Shown piece after piece: positions 25,305 to 34,657 of a stretch of DNA of 36,092 nt. Within the stretch, counting starts at the first letter, position 1. Each line of letters begins with the position of its first letter. The notes under the pieces were generated by a model, which ran no database searches, was not told where the DNA came from, and worked only from the letters and a program-made list of their open reading frames with translations. The translations under genes and the position numbers were made by a program. The stretch is from a virus (Duplodnaviria > Caudoviricetes), in the IMG/VR virus record IMGVR_UViG_3300020045_013107, positions 1-36,092 of that record; one strand, given 5' to 3'.

Positions 25305-28025
25305 TTAATAATTGTTTGATGTAAAACTTATGTTTTTACTATTTGATAAAAATGTTTTTATTGGAATAAATTTTTCAACATTTAATGAAATGTTATATAT
25401 TGCTAAAATTACAGGAATTATATTTACAAATATAATTATGTCTGTATTAATTGATAGGTCCTTTATTTCACATGAAATATTAATTATATTTTGAGATATA
25501 TTTACACTAGTACTCATTAATATTTCATTGATACATACAAATATATTTATGATTTCTATTGAAAGTATACTATTCGCATGTATTACGCTATTATTAATAT
25601 TACTATCTATATTAATTACATCTATATTTATATTTGTTTCTGTTAAAAGTTCGCAATTAATTATTGAAACTAAACAATTTGTTCTTGGCATTCCTATAAT
25701 TGTTATTATTTCAAGTGAAGAATTATTAATATTACAATCAGTATTATTTAATGGGATATTCATAAAACTATTTGCAATTAACAAACAATCATTAATGTTA
25801 GCATCTACATCAATTACATCAATAGACATATTAACAACAACTATCAATGTTATATCTTTAATATCAATAGATACTTCTATTATGTTTATTAAAATATTGC
25901 AATTTATTATAATGCTCAAATTTTCAATATTAATATTACCATCAATTGATGGTATATCTATTATTGAATTTGTTTGTATTCCATTAATTAATATTGACGT
26001 ATTTATATTAATTAATGGAATTGATATTTCTACATTTGTTGTTATTTCTGTATTCCTTAATATTGTATTAACATTAATAGTTTGTAAACTTACAATATTA
26101 ACTGATGAATTAAGGGTAATATCATCAAAGCTAAGAGATGTATTAATTATTGGTATATTGATAACATAATCGTTTTTAAAGCTTATACTATAAGTTTCTA
26201 TCGTTACATTGATAACATTTATAGAAGCATAGTAATTAATAGATACTTCTGGATTATTTATTAATATCGATACATCCACAATATCAATATTAATATTTGC
26301 TTCGGTTATTATTGAACTATCTAAAATATCTATACTAGCATTTAAAACTGGAATAGCAATAAAAACATAAATAAATGTTTTTACTTCTGGAATATATGTA
26401 TTTAATGCAATATCAATAAATGGAATATTTACTATTTTTGGTATTGATATTGCATTGCTAATAATATTAATATTACAATTATTAACTGGAATTAATAAAC
26501 TATTATTGGTAATTAATTCAACATTGTTAATATTTACTGCAGAATTAACTAAAACTATATCAATATTAACGCCTGATGAAATACTATTACTATTAATAAT
26601 TGTACTTATATTTATTAAATCAACTAAAGCTTCAACATCTATATTTAAGTTAGTTTCATTAACTACAATGCCTATATTTATTAATGGTATTGATAAAATA
26701 CTATTGGTTGCAATACTTGAGTTTCCAATACTTACATCTGCATTGTTTACTAGTGCTGAAATATTTATTGAAGTAATTATTGATAAATTAATAATGGTTA
26801 CTTCAATATTTGTAATTGGTATAGTTATAATACTATTTGTTTCTATCTCCGAATTACTAATTACACATGATATATCATTAACGGGTATTGTCACAATTGA
26901 TTTTGTTATAATTCCAGGATTATTAATTAATAATCCTGGAATTATAACTGGACCTAAAATATTAACAGATCCAGTTATGTTCAAATTATAAAGACTAATT
27001 TCAACATCAATTAATGGTGTGTTTATTATTTTTGGTAATGATACAATTGAATTATTAATAATTATGGAAATATTAGTGAGTAGTATTCCGATATTGGCTT
27101 CTGTAATTATTGAAAGATTTATGATTGATAAGTCAATATTTATTGATGGCACGTCTATATTTACGCTTGTTTCAATGCTACTATTTAAAATTGTTGTATC
27201 AATATTTATAACTTGTATTGAATTATTAATATTAATAATTACATCTGTATTACTAATTGCAATACTACAATCAGTCAATGGAATGTCAATATCAAACCCA
27301 ATAGCAATAATTGAATTATCAATTGATGTACTTATATTTATAACAGGTATTGTTATAATATTGTTTGTTTCTATACCGCCATCATTAACCAATGTACTTA
27401 TATCTGTCTTTTGAATATTCGCATTACACCCAATAGCAATAATTGAATTATTAACCGCAGTATTGCAATTAATTAATGGTACTGCAATATTTTTTGATAT
27501 AGTATATGTTATTACTAATTTAGGCCTTTGTGAAGATGTCGCATGATCTGACGTACTAGCATTAAATCCTTTAAATTGGTTTGTTGTTGATGCTGAAAAT
27601 CCATAATTTACATAAGTTTCATCACATAAAGATTGAACTAATGAAGTAATATCAAAATCTTTATTTCCTGTAAAGGAACCAGCAATTGATATTGATCCGT
27701 GTTTTGTTGCATTAATTGTTGGTTTACTATTCCAAGTAACCGTTGATTCTGTCCAATCACTTGTAATTCTATTGATTCCGTATGTATCGGTGGCACTAGT
27801 ATAAGTTATATATAAACTTAATATTGCACTTGTTATTGCTGCACCATATATTGATGATAAATCAAATTGTAATAATGGATACTTATTAAGGTCGAAGTAT
27901 CCATCCGGACCTTGATAACTAAGTTGCATTTCGTTACTAGTTCCGTAATTAGTTGTTTTTGCCGCTTCATTTACCCAACTATCCTTGCCTGCTGTTCCGT
28001 CTGGTTGTAAAGTTAAACTAGCCAT
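25305..28025 (-). CDS. Long fibre-like protein: N-terminal DNRLRE-like beta-sandwich plus Ile/Asn-rich ~21-aa repeats
   Basis: LTLQP...GKDSWV...TNYG...LLQFDLS...ITSAILSLY...WTESTVTWN..P...RPKLVITY, then about 700 aa of 21-aa periodic repeats. Confidence 0.75.
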   Translation of the reverse strand: MASLTLQPDGTAGKDSWVNEAAKTTNYGTSNEMQLSYQGPDGYFDLNKYPLLQFDLSSIYGAAITSAILSLYITYTSATDTYGINRITSDWTESTVTWNSKPTINATKHGSISIAGSFTGNKDFDITSLVQSLCDETYVNYGFSASTTNQFKGFNASTSDHATSSQRPKLVITYTISKNIAVPLINCNTAVNNSIIAIGCNANIQKTDISTLVNDGGIETNNIITIPVINISTSIDNSIIAIGFDIDIPLTDCSIAISNTDVIININNSIQVINIDTTILNSSIETSVNIDVPSINIDLSIINLSIITEANIGILLTNISIIINNSIVSLPKIINTPLIDVEISLYNLNITGSVNILGPVIIPGLLINNPGIITKSIVTIPVNDISCVISNSEIETNSIITIPITNIEVTIINLSIITSINISALVNNADVSIGNSSIATNSILSIPLINIGIVVNETNLNIDVEALVDLINISTIINSNSISSGVNIDIVLVNSAVNINNVELITNNSLLIPVNNCNINIISNAISIPKIVNIPFIDIALNTYIPEVKTFIYVFIAIPVLNASIDILDSSIITEANINIDIVDVSILINNPEVSINYYASINVINVTIETYSISFKNDYVINIPIINTSLSFDDITLNSSVNIVSLQTINVNTILRNTEITTNVEISIPLININTSILINGIQTNSIIDIPSIDGNINIENLSIIINCNILINIIEVSIDIKDITLIVVVNMSIDVIDVDANINDCLLIANSFMNIPLNNTDCNINNSSLEIITIIGMPRTNCLVSIINCELLTETNINIDVINIDSNINNSVIHANSILSIEIINIFVCINEILMSTSVNISQNIINISCEIKDLSINTDIIIFVNIIPVILAIYNISLNVEKFIPIKTFLSNSKNISFTSNNY

Positions 28026-28055
28026 AATTTAAACGCCACCTTTCCGTGATGGTGT

Positions 28056-28493
28056 TTATGCGACGGCTGGAACTGTAAATGTAATTATTCCGCTTGCATT
28101 ATATGTCAATGTAAAGTCACCATCTGAACTAGATTTATTTTCCACAAAATCAATATATCCTATTAATGGGCTTGTTGAATCTGTTCCGGTACTTTTATAT
28201 ATAACCGCATATCTAGCAGTTATAGTTGAATTTGACCAAGTTGTATTCGCTGCATCTAATGTTGTCACATTGCTGGCAACTGTATCTGTTTTACTTCCTA
28301 ACGTTGCACCACCTGCTGTATATCCTGTCCCTGTAACTTCATTATCAACGTCGCTTTTATAACCATGTGTGTTTTGTGCTGGTGTATATGAAGAAGTGCA
28401 AAGCATGACTTTAATTGTATCATCTGCGAAATCAATTTCGGCCCTCATTGCTTTTTGTGGAAAAGTTGAATATAAATAACTAGTTACTGCCAT
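28056..28493 (-). CDS. Virion structural protein (fibre-associated)
   Basis: IDF..DTIKVML, EVTGTGYTAGG.TL, ITARYAVIY and LIGYIDF. Start at ATG 28493. Confidence 0.7.
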   Translation of the reverse strand: MAVTSYLYSTFPQKAMRAEIDFADDTIKVMLCTSSYTPAQNTHGYKSDVDNEVTGTGYTAGGATLGSKTDTVASNVTTLDAANTTWSNSTITARYAVIYKSTGTDSTSPLIGYIDFVENKSSSDGDFTLTYNASGIITFTVPAVA

Positions 28494-28516
28494 GATAAAA
28501 CCCACCTTTCAATATT

Positions 28517-28548
28517 TAAAAGTACCATAAAGTTTTATGGTACTTTTA
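28517..28548 (-). terminator. Inverted repeat / terminator
   Basis: TAAAAGTACCATAAA-gt-TTTATGGTACTTTTA. Confidence 0.65.
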
Positions 28549-28572
28549 TATTAATTATATTTGTTTATTTTT

Positions 28573-29769
28573 TTAATAAGCCGTTCCCAACGAAATTCTT
28601 CGCCAATTTTTACCCGTTGAATCGTTTGTTGCAATACAAAGGTAAAAATATCCTGTATCAACTTTTGATTGCCATTGAGTCCCCACTGTTCCGTCAACGC
28701 CGCCTGTTAATGTTCCATGTGCAAACGTAGCATTTGCCATTGTTTCAGTTGTTGAAATGCTATTTCCCACAATACCATTTACATCAAAGGTAATATCAAC
28801 AACGTCATTTGTGCCGTCTACCGCTGAATAAGTACCGTCACCGCTATTTGTGATTGCTGCAACTATAGCTGTGACTGCATTTGCTGCTGTGCAATCGGCT
28901 CCGGCTGTTGTAACTCCGATTGCTTCGGTAAATATGTTTGTTCCTTCTGTAAATGTTTCTGTACTTGCAATATTGTTTCCTGCTGTTCCACCAATCAAGG
29001 CAGTAATAACACTATTATTATTGCTAAAAGCCGCTGCACTAACTTGGGTATGTGCTAAATTGTAACCATCACTTCCGTTTATTGCTGCAACAATATTTGT
29101 TTTTGCTGTTGCTAGTCCTGTACCTATTGATATTTCCCCGTTGGCGTTTGCTGTCCCATTAGGAACAAATGTAAATGTTTTAGACCCTAATGTCATTGTA
29201 TCGCCTGCTGTTGGTTGTGTATCAACTGTTAATGTACCCTGTGCTTTTGTAGCATATGAGGTGATGTCAATCGCTATTTTGCCACTTGCAACACTTTGTG
29301 CTGTATCTGCTGCAAATTCATAATCATCTGTTCCTATGGTTATTAATTCCCCATCAATAACAACTCCTGTTAATGTCAATGCACCCGTTGCCGCTGCTGC
29401 ATTTACTGGTGTTCCATTAACAAATGTCATGTTTTGAAGTGCTGTGTTTGCTAATCCTAAACTAGCAATAACCGCTGCCGTCATGTCTGTTGATGGTATT
29501 CCTTCCGCCGGCTTTGTATATTTTGCGCCTGCTGCACTTACTGCTGAGTCTGCGTGTGAATCTATTTCATTTAAAGCCCCAACTATAGAATTTTTTTCTG
29601 TAGTTGTAAGGGTTGCCAAACTTCCAATTTTAACATCTGTTGCAAGTTTCGCATTTGTAACTGCGCCATTTTCAAGACCAAAACTAGAAAAATACGATAA
29701 TAATTCATCATAAAAATCGCCAAATGAATTTGGTTGAGGTCTATTATTAAAACTAGTTGGTAATGCCAT
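28573..29769 (-). CDS. Head decoration / head fibre protein
   Basis: Directly after the capsid gene; A/T/G-rich, with a GAVTNAKLA fibre motif and C-terminal YFYLCIATN...WRR. Confidence 0.65.
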   Translation of the reverse strand: MALPTSFNNRPQPNSFGDFYDELLSYFSSFGLENGAVTNAKLATDVKIGSLATLTTTEKNSIVGALNEIDSHADSAVSAAGAKYTKPAEGIPSTDMTAAVIASLGLANTALQNMTFVNGTPVNAAAATGALTLTGVVIDGELITIGTDDYEFAADTAQSVASGKIAIDITSYATKAQGTLTVDTQPTAGDTMTLGSKTFTFVPNGTANANGEISIGTGLATAKTNIVAAINGSDGYNLAHTQVSAAAFSNNNSVITALIGGTAGNNIASTETFTEGTNIFTEAIGVTTAGADCTAANAVTAIVAAITNSGDGTYSAVDGTNDVVDITFDVNGIVGNSISTTETMANATFAHGTLTGGVDGTVGTQWQSKVDTGYFYLCIATNDSTGKNWRRISLGTAY

Positions 29770-29801
29770 TATAAAACCCCTTTCTGGATGCTTAAACTAA
29801 T

Positions 29802-30803
29802 TTATCCATTTGTTATTAATTTAGCTATTCTAATATTTTTCTTTTCATAAACCCTATCCCAATTTGCAGCCAGAGCAAGGTTTGCATTTGTTGGCGTGTC
29901 TTTACTTACTGTATTCGAAGTAAATTTAATCCCCCTTGGATGTAAGATAAAATGTCTCCTATGTACTAAATAGGTTTCACCGCCGCCTGTTAATGCACTT
30001 CTTTCTAATTCGCTGGGAACTTCAGGAGATCCTTCACCAAGTCCTATTGCACCATTCCCAAAAAAGTATGTTGTGTATTTTGTGCCGCTTGTTGTTCCTG
30101 CTGCTGTTGGCATACTATCGTTAACAATTAAAGTCTTTCCAAGATAAGTACCAAAACCGATATTTTGGGTGTTAGTTGGTTCGAAATCAATTAAATTAAG
30201 TTTCTGTAACCTAGCATAAGGAACTGAATGGATCATTATAGCTGTTATTTTATTAAAGGCATCCCCCAATAAAAATATCGTATCAATTACGGCTCCTGAA
30301 CTTATTAAATTAGTAGGAAGTGAACCATCCCCAACAAAATCTTCTGTACTTATATTTTTAATTAAATCGCCTGAATCATTCGCTGCATTATCTGCAAAAA
30401 CTCCATCTAATACATTTATTAATATTGTTTGTTCGTCCCTATTCCACCATTCAGCTATTAAAGTACTTATCGCTGACATTGGATCGCTGCCTGCTAATGC
30501 ACTAACTAAATCTTTGGCCCCGAATGATTTACCCCTACATAGTAACGCCGCAATATCTTTTCCAGTAGTAATATTATTTACTGTTAAATCATCATCATCA
30601 TCTAAAACTTCACTATTGCCTGTTAAGTCATTGAAAAAAGGCATATTTATTAATTTACCGCCTTGTTTTGCTAACACATCAAGTCGTGGATCGCTTGCTA
30701 CAATTCCGCTAGTCCTCAATGTACTTAGTGCTGCTGTTTGCTGTATGATATAAGGGTTCCATATTTCAGGAATATAAATATCACTTAATTTTGTTGCTGC
30801 CAT
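29802..30803 (-). CDS. Major capsid protein
   Basis: TKLSDIYIPEIWNPY, GG..INMPFFNDL, LAGSDPM, RRHFILHPRGI and NWDRVYEKKNI. Confidence 0.92.
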   Translation of the reverse strand: MAATKLSDIYIPEIWNPYIIQQTAALSTLRTSGIVASDPRLDVLAKQGGKLINMPFFNDLTGNSEVLDDDDDLTVNNITTGKDIAALLCRGKSFGAKDLVSALAGSDPMSAISTLIAEWWNRDEQTILINVLDGVFADNAANDSGDLIKNISTEDFVGDGSLPTNLISSGAVIDTIFLLGDAFNKITAIMIHSVPYARLQKLNLIDFEPTNTQNIGFGTYLGKTLIVNDSMPTAAGTTSGTKYTTYFFGNGAIGLGEGSPEVPSELERSALTGGGETYLVHRRHFILHPRGIKFTSNTVSKDTPTNANLALAANWDRVYEKKNIRIAKLITNG

Positions 30804-30832
30804 ATAATGACAACCCCTTTCTAATTTATATT

Positions 30833-31468
30833 TTAGCTATTTTGTTTTAATTTATTATATAAATCTGGATTAGATTTGAATAGATTAATTTGATCTGTCA
30901 TGTTAAAATGTTCTTTGCTAAATGGATTTTTAAAAGAATTATCACTAGATAACCCATTATTATTATTACCGCCTGGTTTTTGCCCTTCAATATTTACTTC
31001 TTTAAACATGTGTTTATAAGAATCTTTCAAAGGTTTGATTAATGTATCAAATTCTTTTATTTTTCCATCTGTGTTTAATTCTAAACTATCTAAATCAAAC
31101 TTGTTAATTAATAAATCTTCACCAACTGCCCCTGACTCTCTAAGCTGAGTCATTAAAACATGTTTTTTATTAATATTTGAAATTTCCTTATCCTTTGAAG
31201 CTATTCCATTATCAAAATCTGTTTTAATTTTTTCATACTTAGCTTTTAAATCTGTATTTTCATTTATTAATGTTTCTGTTTCTACTGAATTTTTTTCATA
31301 ATCTTGTAGCTTTGTTTTAATTATTTTTAATTCTTCAAGTTTAGTATCGAATTTTTCTTTTGGAATATAAGATCCATCATTTATTATTGCAATTTTTGAA
31401 TCTTTTAATTTTTCTGATACTTGTTTTGATAATTCTTCACCTAATAAAATTTTTAATTTATCATCCAT
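30833..31468 (-). CDS. Capsid scaffolding protein
   Basis: DGSYIPKEKF, a coiled coil and KNPFSKEHFNMTDQ; precedes the MCP gene. Start at ATG 31468. Confidence 0.88.
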   Translation of the reverse strand: MDDKLKILLGEELSKQVSEKLKDSKIAIINDGSYIPKEKFDTKLEELKIIKTKLQDYEKNSVETETLINENTDLKAKYEKIKTDFDNGIASKDKEISNINKKHVLMTQLRESGAVGEDLLINKFDLDSLELNTDGKIKEFDTLIKPLKDSYKHMFKEVNIEGQKPGGNNNNGLSSDNSFKNPFSKEHFNMTDQINLFKSNPDLYNKLKQNS

Positions 31469-31644
31469 AAAATAACCCATCCTTCTAATTTTTTTAGTTT
31501 TTTTAATGTGTAACCCACCACACGCATTAGATACTTTTTTTAGGGAACTTTTAACCCCGTTAAAACATAAAAAGAACCACTAATATTATTAGCAGCTCTA
31601 TCTATATAATCAATCATTTAGTTAAAAATGATTGTAAATAACGA

Positions 31645-32079
31645 TTAATTATTTTTTTTATATTGTTCCATCAATTTAAAGAAATTTACTTTCAAATCCT
31701 TTTTATATTCTTTTTCATATTCGCCATTTTTGTCAATGCTTGTATAATATAAATTACCTTTTCTTATTTCAAAGATAAAAGCAGTATTTGAAGCATTTTC
31801 AATCATTGTTATTTTTTCTTTGTTGTAATTTGAAATTTCTAGCTTAAAATTATTTATTTCTTTTGTTTCTTTTGTATAGGCTGCAATATCTGCTGTATTA
31901 TTTTCTAAGTCTATATTAAGTAAATTCAATGTTGTTTCACCATCTGAAATGTAACATCCATTTAAATTATTATCTTTAGTAATAAAAAAAATAGTTGAGG
32001 CTATTACTACTGCAGTAATTATTACAATTATTAAGACATTAACTTTTTTACCAAATATCACAAAATACCCTTCTTTCAA
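31645..32079 (-). CDS. Membrane-anchored / exported hypothetical protein
   Basis: N-terminal TM (VLIIVIITAVVIASTIFFI). Confidence 0.6.
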   Translation of the reverse strand: MKEGYFVIFGKKVNVLIIVIITAVVIASTIFFITKDNNLNGCYISDGETTLNLLNIDLENNTADIAAYTKETKEINNFKLEISNYNKEKITMIENASNTAFIFEIRKGNLYYTSIDKNGEYEKEYKKDLKVNFFKLMEQYKKNN

Positions 32080-32124
32080 GTTTGCTTTTAATCTCTAATT
32101 ATACAAAATAAATCTTTTGTATAA

Positions 32125-32673
32125 TTAAATCACCTTTATTTTATCGTTTCTTGTATTATATTCAAGCTCATAAGACAAAGTCAACATATTTTCAATATTA
32201 AGATCTATAATGTAGAAACTTTTTTCTATTTCCTGATTATTTTCTTTATATATTTCAAAATAATAATTAGCTAATTGGAAATTATTTAAGTTTTCTATTA
32301 TTTCATTTAATACAGTTTTATGTATATGTAAAAATTTGTCTTTGTTTTGACCTTCTTTTATAATTCCAACATTTTCAAAATCGACATAAAATTCTTTTTC
32401 ATCTTCTGATAATTTTATTTTTTGATTGTTTTTAACTTGAAATACATCCTTTTTATAATTAAAATAATCTACTGTATTCTTATTTTTAAAATAAATAGAA
32501 TATCTTTCAGTTTCGATATCTTCTACTTTCTTTTTTATTTCCCTTACTGTTATTTCAATATGTGCTGTTTTAAATTTTATTATTTTCCCAGTAATTTCAG
32601 TATATATATCTTCTTCCAATAATAACGCTTTACCTTTTAGACTTCCTTTATCTATAATTCCTAATTGAACCAC
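32125..32673 (-). CDS. Hypothetical protein
   Basis: GAGGTG RBS, GTG start, 182 aa. Confidence 0.7.
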   Translation of the reverse strand: MVQLGIIDKGSLKGKALLLEEDIYTEITGKIIKFKTAHIEITVREIKKKVEDIETERYSIYFKNKNTVDYFNYKKDVFQVKNNQKIKLSEDEKEFYVDFENVGIIKEGQNKDKFLHIHKTVLNEIIENLNNFQLANYYFEIYKENNQEIEKSFYIIDLNIENMLTLSYELEYNTRNDKIKVI

Positions 32674-32724
32674 ATTAACACCTCATAACATGTTTATAAC
32701 TTCCTAACTATAATATGCATATGA

Positions 32725-32934
32725 TTATTTATTTCCTTTGCTTGTCTTGGTATCTTCTACTGTAGCAATTGCAGCAACTTCTTCAATTATAAATGTAACA
32801 TTATTAATAGAATCATACCATAGCTTTTTGTATGATCTTATTTTTGCAAAAAAATCCTTTGCATTTAATTTTGAATCTTCTTCATTTGCAACAATGTCAA
32901 TAACTGCTCCACCTTTTAAATATATCTTAAACAT
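32725..32934 (-). CDS. Hypothetical protein
   Basis: AAAGGGG RBS. Confidence 0.7.
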   Translation of the reverse strand: MFKIYLKGGAVIDIVANEEDSKLNAKDFFAKIRSYKKLWYDSINNVTFIIEEVAAIATVEDTKTSKGNK

Positions 32935-32970
32935 TTTGTTGTATCCCCTTTCTTTGAAATATTTTAACCT

Positions 32971-33177
32971 TTAATTTCTTTTCTTTATGCCTAATGTAAT
33001 AACTTTTCCATCTGGTTGCCTTAATTGAAATAACATCATTTGTATTTTGTTTTCAATTAATTGTTTTAATGCTTCCGGATCTGCTTCTAATGTAATATCA
33101 ATGTTGATTCCATTATTTTCCTTTTTACTAGTCATTACTGCGGACATTGTCGGGGCTTCAATTTCACAATTTTTCAT
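32971..33177 (-). CDS. Hypothetical protein
   Basis: AAGGAG RBS. Confidence 0.7.
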   Translation of the reverse strand: MKNCEIEAPTMSAVMTSKKENNGINIDITLEADPEALKQLIENKIQMMLFQLRQPDGKVITLGIKKRN

Positions 33178-33189
33178 TTTTAGATCTCC

Positions 33190-33414
33190 TTAAATATAGT
33201 TTTTTATATTTTCCTCATTTATTGGAAATAAATTATTTTTTGACCTAATTAAATTAAGACTTTTAATATCAATGTCAAACCTTTTTATTTTGTGATCCCA
33301 TTTTGATATATCATTATATTTAATGCAACATTCTTCACTACATAAAAAATGATTTGTACTTTTTGTTTCTTTTATTTCTTCAAATTCTTTATCGCATATT
33401 ATACAGTTAACCAT
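33190..33414 (-). CDS. Small zinc-finger protein (TRASH/MYM-like)
   Basis: CIICDKEF...FLCSEEC. Confidence 0.65.
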   Translation of the reverse strand: MVNCIICDKEFEEIKETKSTNHFLCSEECCIKYNDISKWDHKIKRFDIDIKSLNLIRSKNNLFPINEENIKNYI

Positions 33415-33417
33415 GAA

Positions 33418-34092
33418 TTAACCCGCCTTTTTAACATCTTCTTTTATTGTTATTTCTATATGTGTAACTGTTTTACCTTTTTTATATTCCTTTACTTCTA
33501 ACATAAATCTAGTATTATGATTAACTTCTGGAATAGCTTTATTTAGTACTTTTTGATTTATATTTTTTATTTGATAAGTATTTGGAATATTGAAATATTT
33601 TTTAAATGTATCTAATTTCATTTTTATTTTTCCTGAATATCTACAGGCGAACTCATACATTCTGATACTGTAATCTGATTTCATAGAATATAATTCATCT
33701 AGAATTATTTTACTGAACTTTCCATCATCAATATTAAAATATTTTAAAGCTTCTTCATTGAAATTGAAAATTATTTCTTTTTCCTTATCATCAATTACAT
33801 ACTTAGTAAACATTGAAATACTAATTATTTTACCATTGCTTTTAAATGTTATTTCTTTAGGTATCTTTAGTATTATCATTATCATTTCGTTAAAGGTTTT
33901 ATTACCTTTAAATACATTTTTCATTTGTGAGTAATTAACAACTACACTTGAATTGATTTCACTTCCAATTTGTTTTAATGCCTTTTCCCTTAATGCTGTG
34001 TAAAATATAAACTTTGCACTTTTGGGCATCTCCATTTTCGGCATATCAATAACCTCATTTCTTATTAGAAATTCAGTATCCACATTATCCAC
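33418..34092 (-). CDS. Plasmid-type replication initiator (Rep_3/RepB family)
   Basis: LIRNEVI, FNEEALKYF, MKSDYSIRMYE, FKKYFNIPNTY, NQKVLNKAIPEVN and KKGKTVTHI, matching the two winged-helix Rep_3 pattern. Confidence 0.88.
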   Translation of the reverse strand: MDNVDTEFLIRNEVIDMPKMEMPKSAKFIFYTALREKALKQIGSEINSSVVVNYSQMKNVFKGNKTFNEMIMIILKIPKEITFKSNGKIISISMFTKYVIDDKEKEIIFNFNEEALKYFNIDDGKFSKIILDELYSMKSDYSIRMYEFACRYSGKIKMKLDTFKKYFNIPNTYQIKNINQKVLNKAIPEVNHNTRFMLEVKEYKKGKTVTHIEITIKEDVKKAG

Positions 34093-34119
34093 ATTATCAA
34101 CACCTTTCTATTATCTACA
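34076..34119 (+). promoter_or_regulatory. Cluster of DnaA boxes
   Basis: GTATCCACA, TTATCCACA (perfect) and TTATCAACA in tandem at 34076-34102, plus TTATCTACA at 34111. Confidence 0.75.
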
Positions 34120-34271
34120 TTATATCATAAGGTAACATTTTATTTAAAAAGTTTTTTTATAAGTTTTTATAAAGATAAAAGCAAGATTATTTTTTGTCTA
34201 TATCTTATCTTATAATCTTTTATCTTATACAAAACCACCAATGATAGTAATGATAATAGATGTATGGTTCT

Positions 34272-34313
34272 ATCGGTAACCAAAAAGGGAGCCATCGGTA
34301 ACCAAAAAGGGAG
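34272..34313. repeat. Iterons of the Rep_3 origin (origin B)
   Basis: ATCGGTAACCAAAAAGGGAG x2 at a 22-bp period, next to an AT-rich tract. Confidence 0.75.
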
Positions 34314-34378
34314 TGACTTTTTAAAAATTAAACAATATAAAATGTTGTAATCGTTAGTATTACTACATCACAACCCTG

Positions 34379-34556
34379 TGCCGAAAGGGCAAATGATACG
34401 AATAAAGAAGTACAACGTTTTTTTTATACATAAATACACTTCAACCCTTTTAATAGTACCATTTGCCCTTTCGGCATAGCCTATTAAATATTAATTATTA
34501 AAATTTGTTTTTTGCTTATATTACTGCATTATAGCCCTGTGCCTTTTGGGCAAATG
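34379..34556. repeat. Three dispersed CATTTGCCC-N4-GGCA sites in alternating orientation
   Basis: 34379-34395 (-), 34460-34476 (+) and 34540-34556 (-), spaced 81 and 80 bp. Confidence 0.8.
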
Positions 34557-34566
34557 GTATAAATAG

Positions 34567-34592
34567 TAAAGGACGTATTTAAACGTCCTTTA
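34567..34592 (-). terminator. Hairpin downstream of the minor head gene
   Basis: TAAAGGACGT-atttaa-ACGTCCTTTA. Confidence 0.55.
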
Positions 34593-34657
34593 TAATTAAA
34601 AAAATATTAGTAGGTAAATTGTTTTTATGGTAAAATTTATATTAATTTAAAAATATT

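Noticed and set aside
19163-30753. Many plus-strand ORFs opposite TMP, fibre and capsid genes (and similar antisense ORFs elsewhere)
   Set aside because: These are shadows of biased codon usage on the coding strand, with no RBS or recognisable motifs.
34379-34556. Regularly spaced repeats as a CRISPR array
   Set aside because: The orientation alternates, the repeat is only 17 bp and the gaps are about 63 bp.
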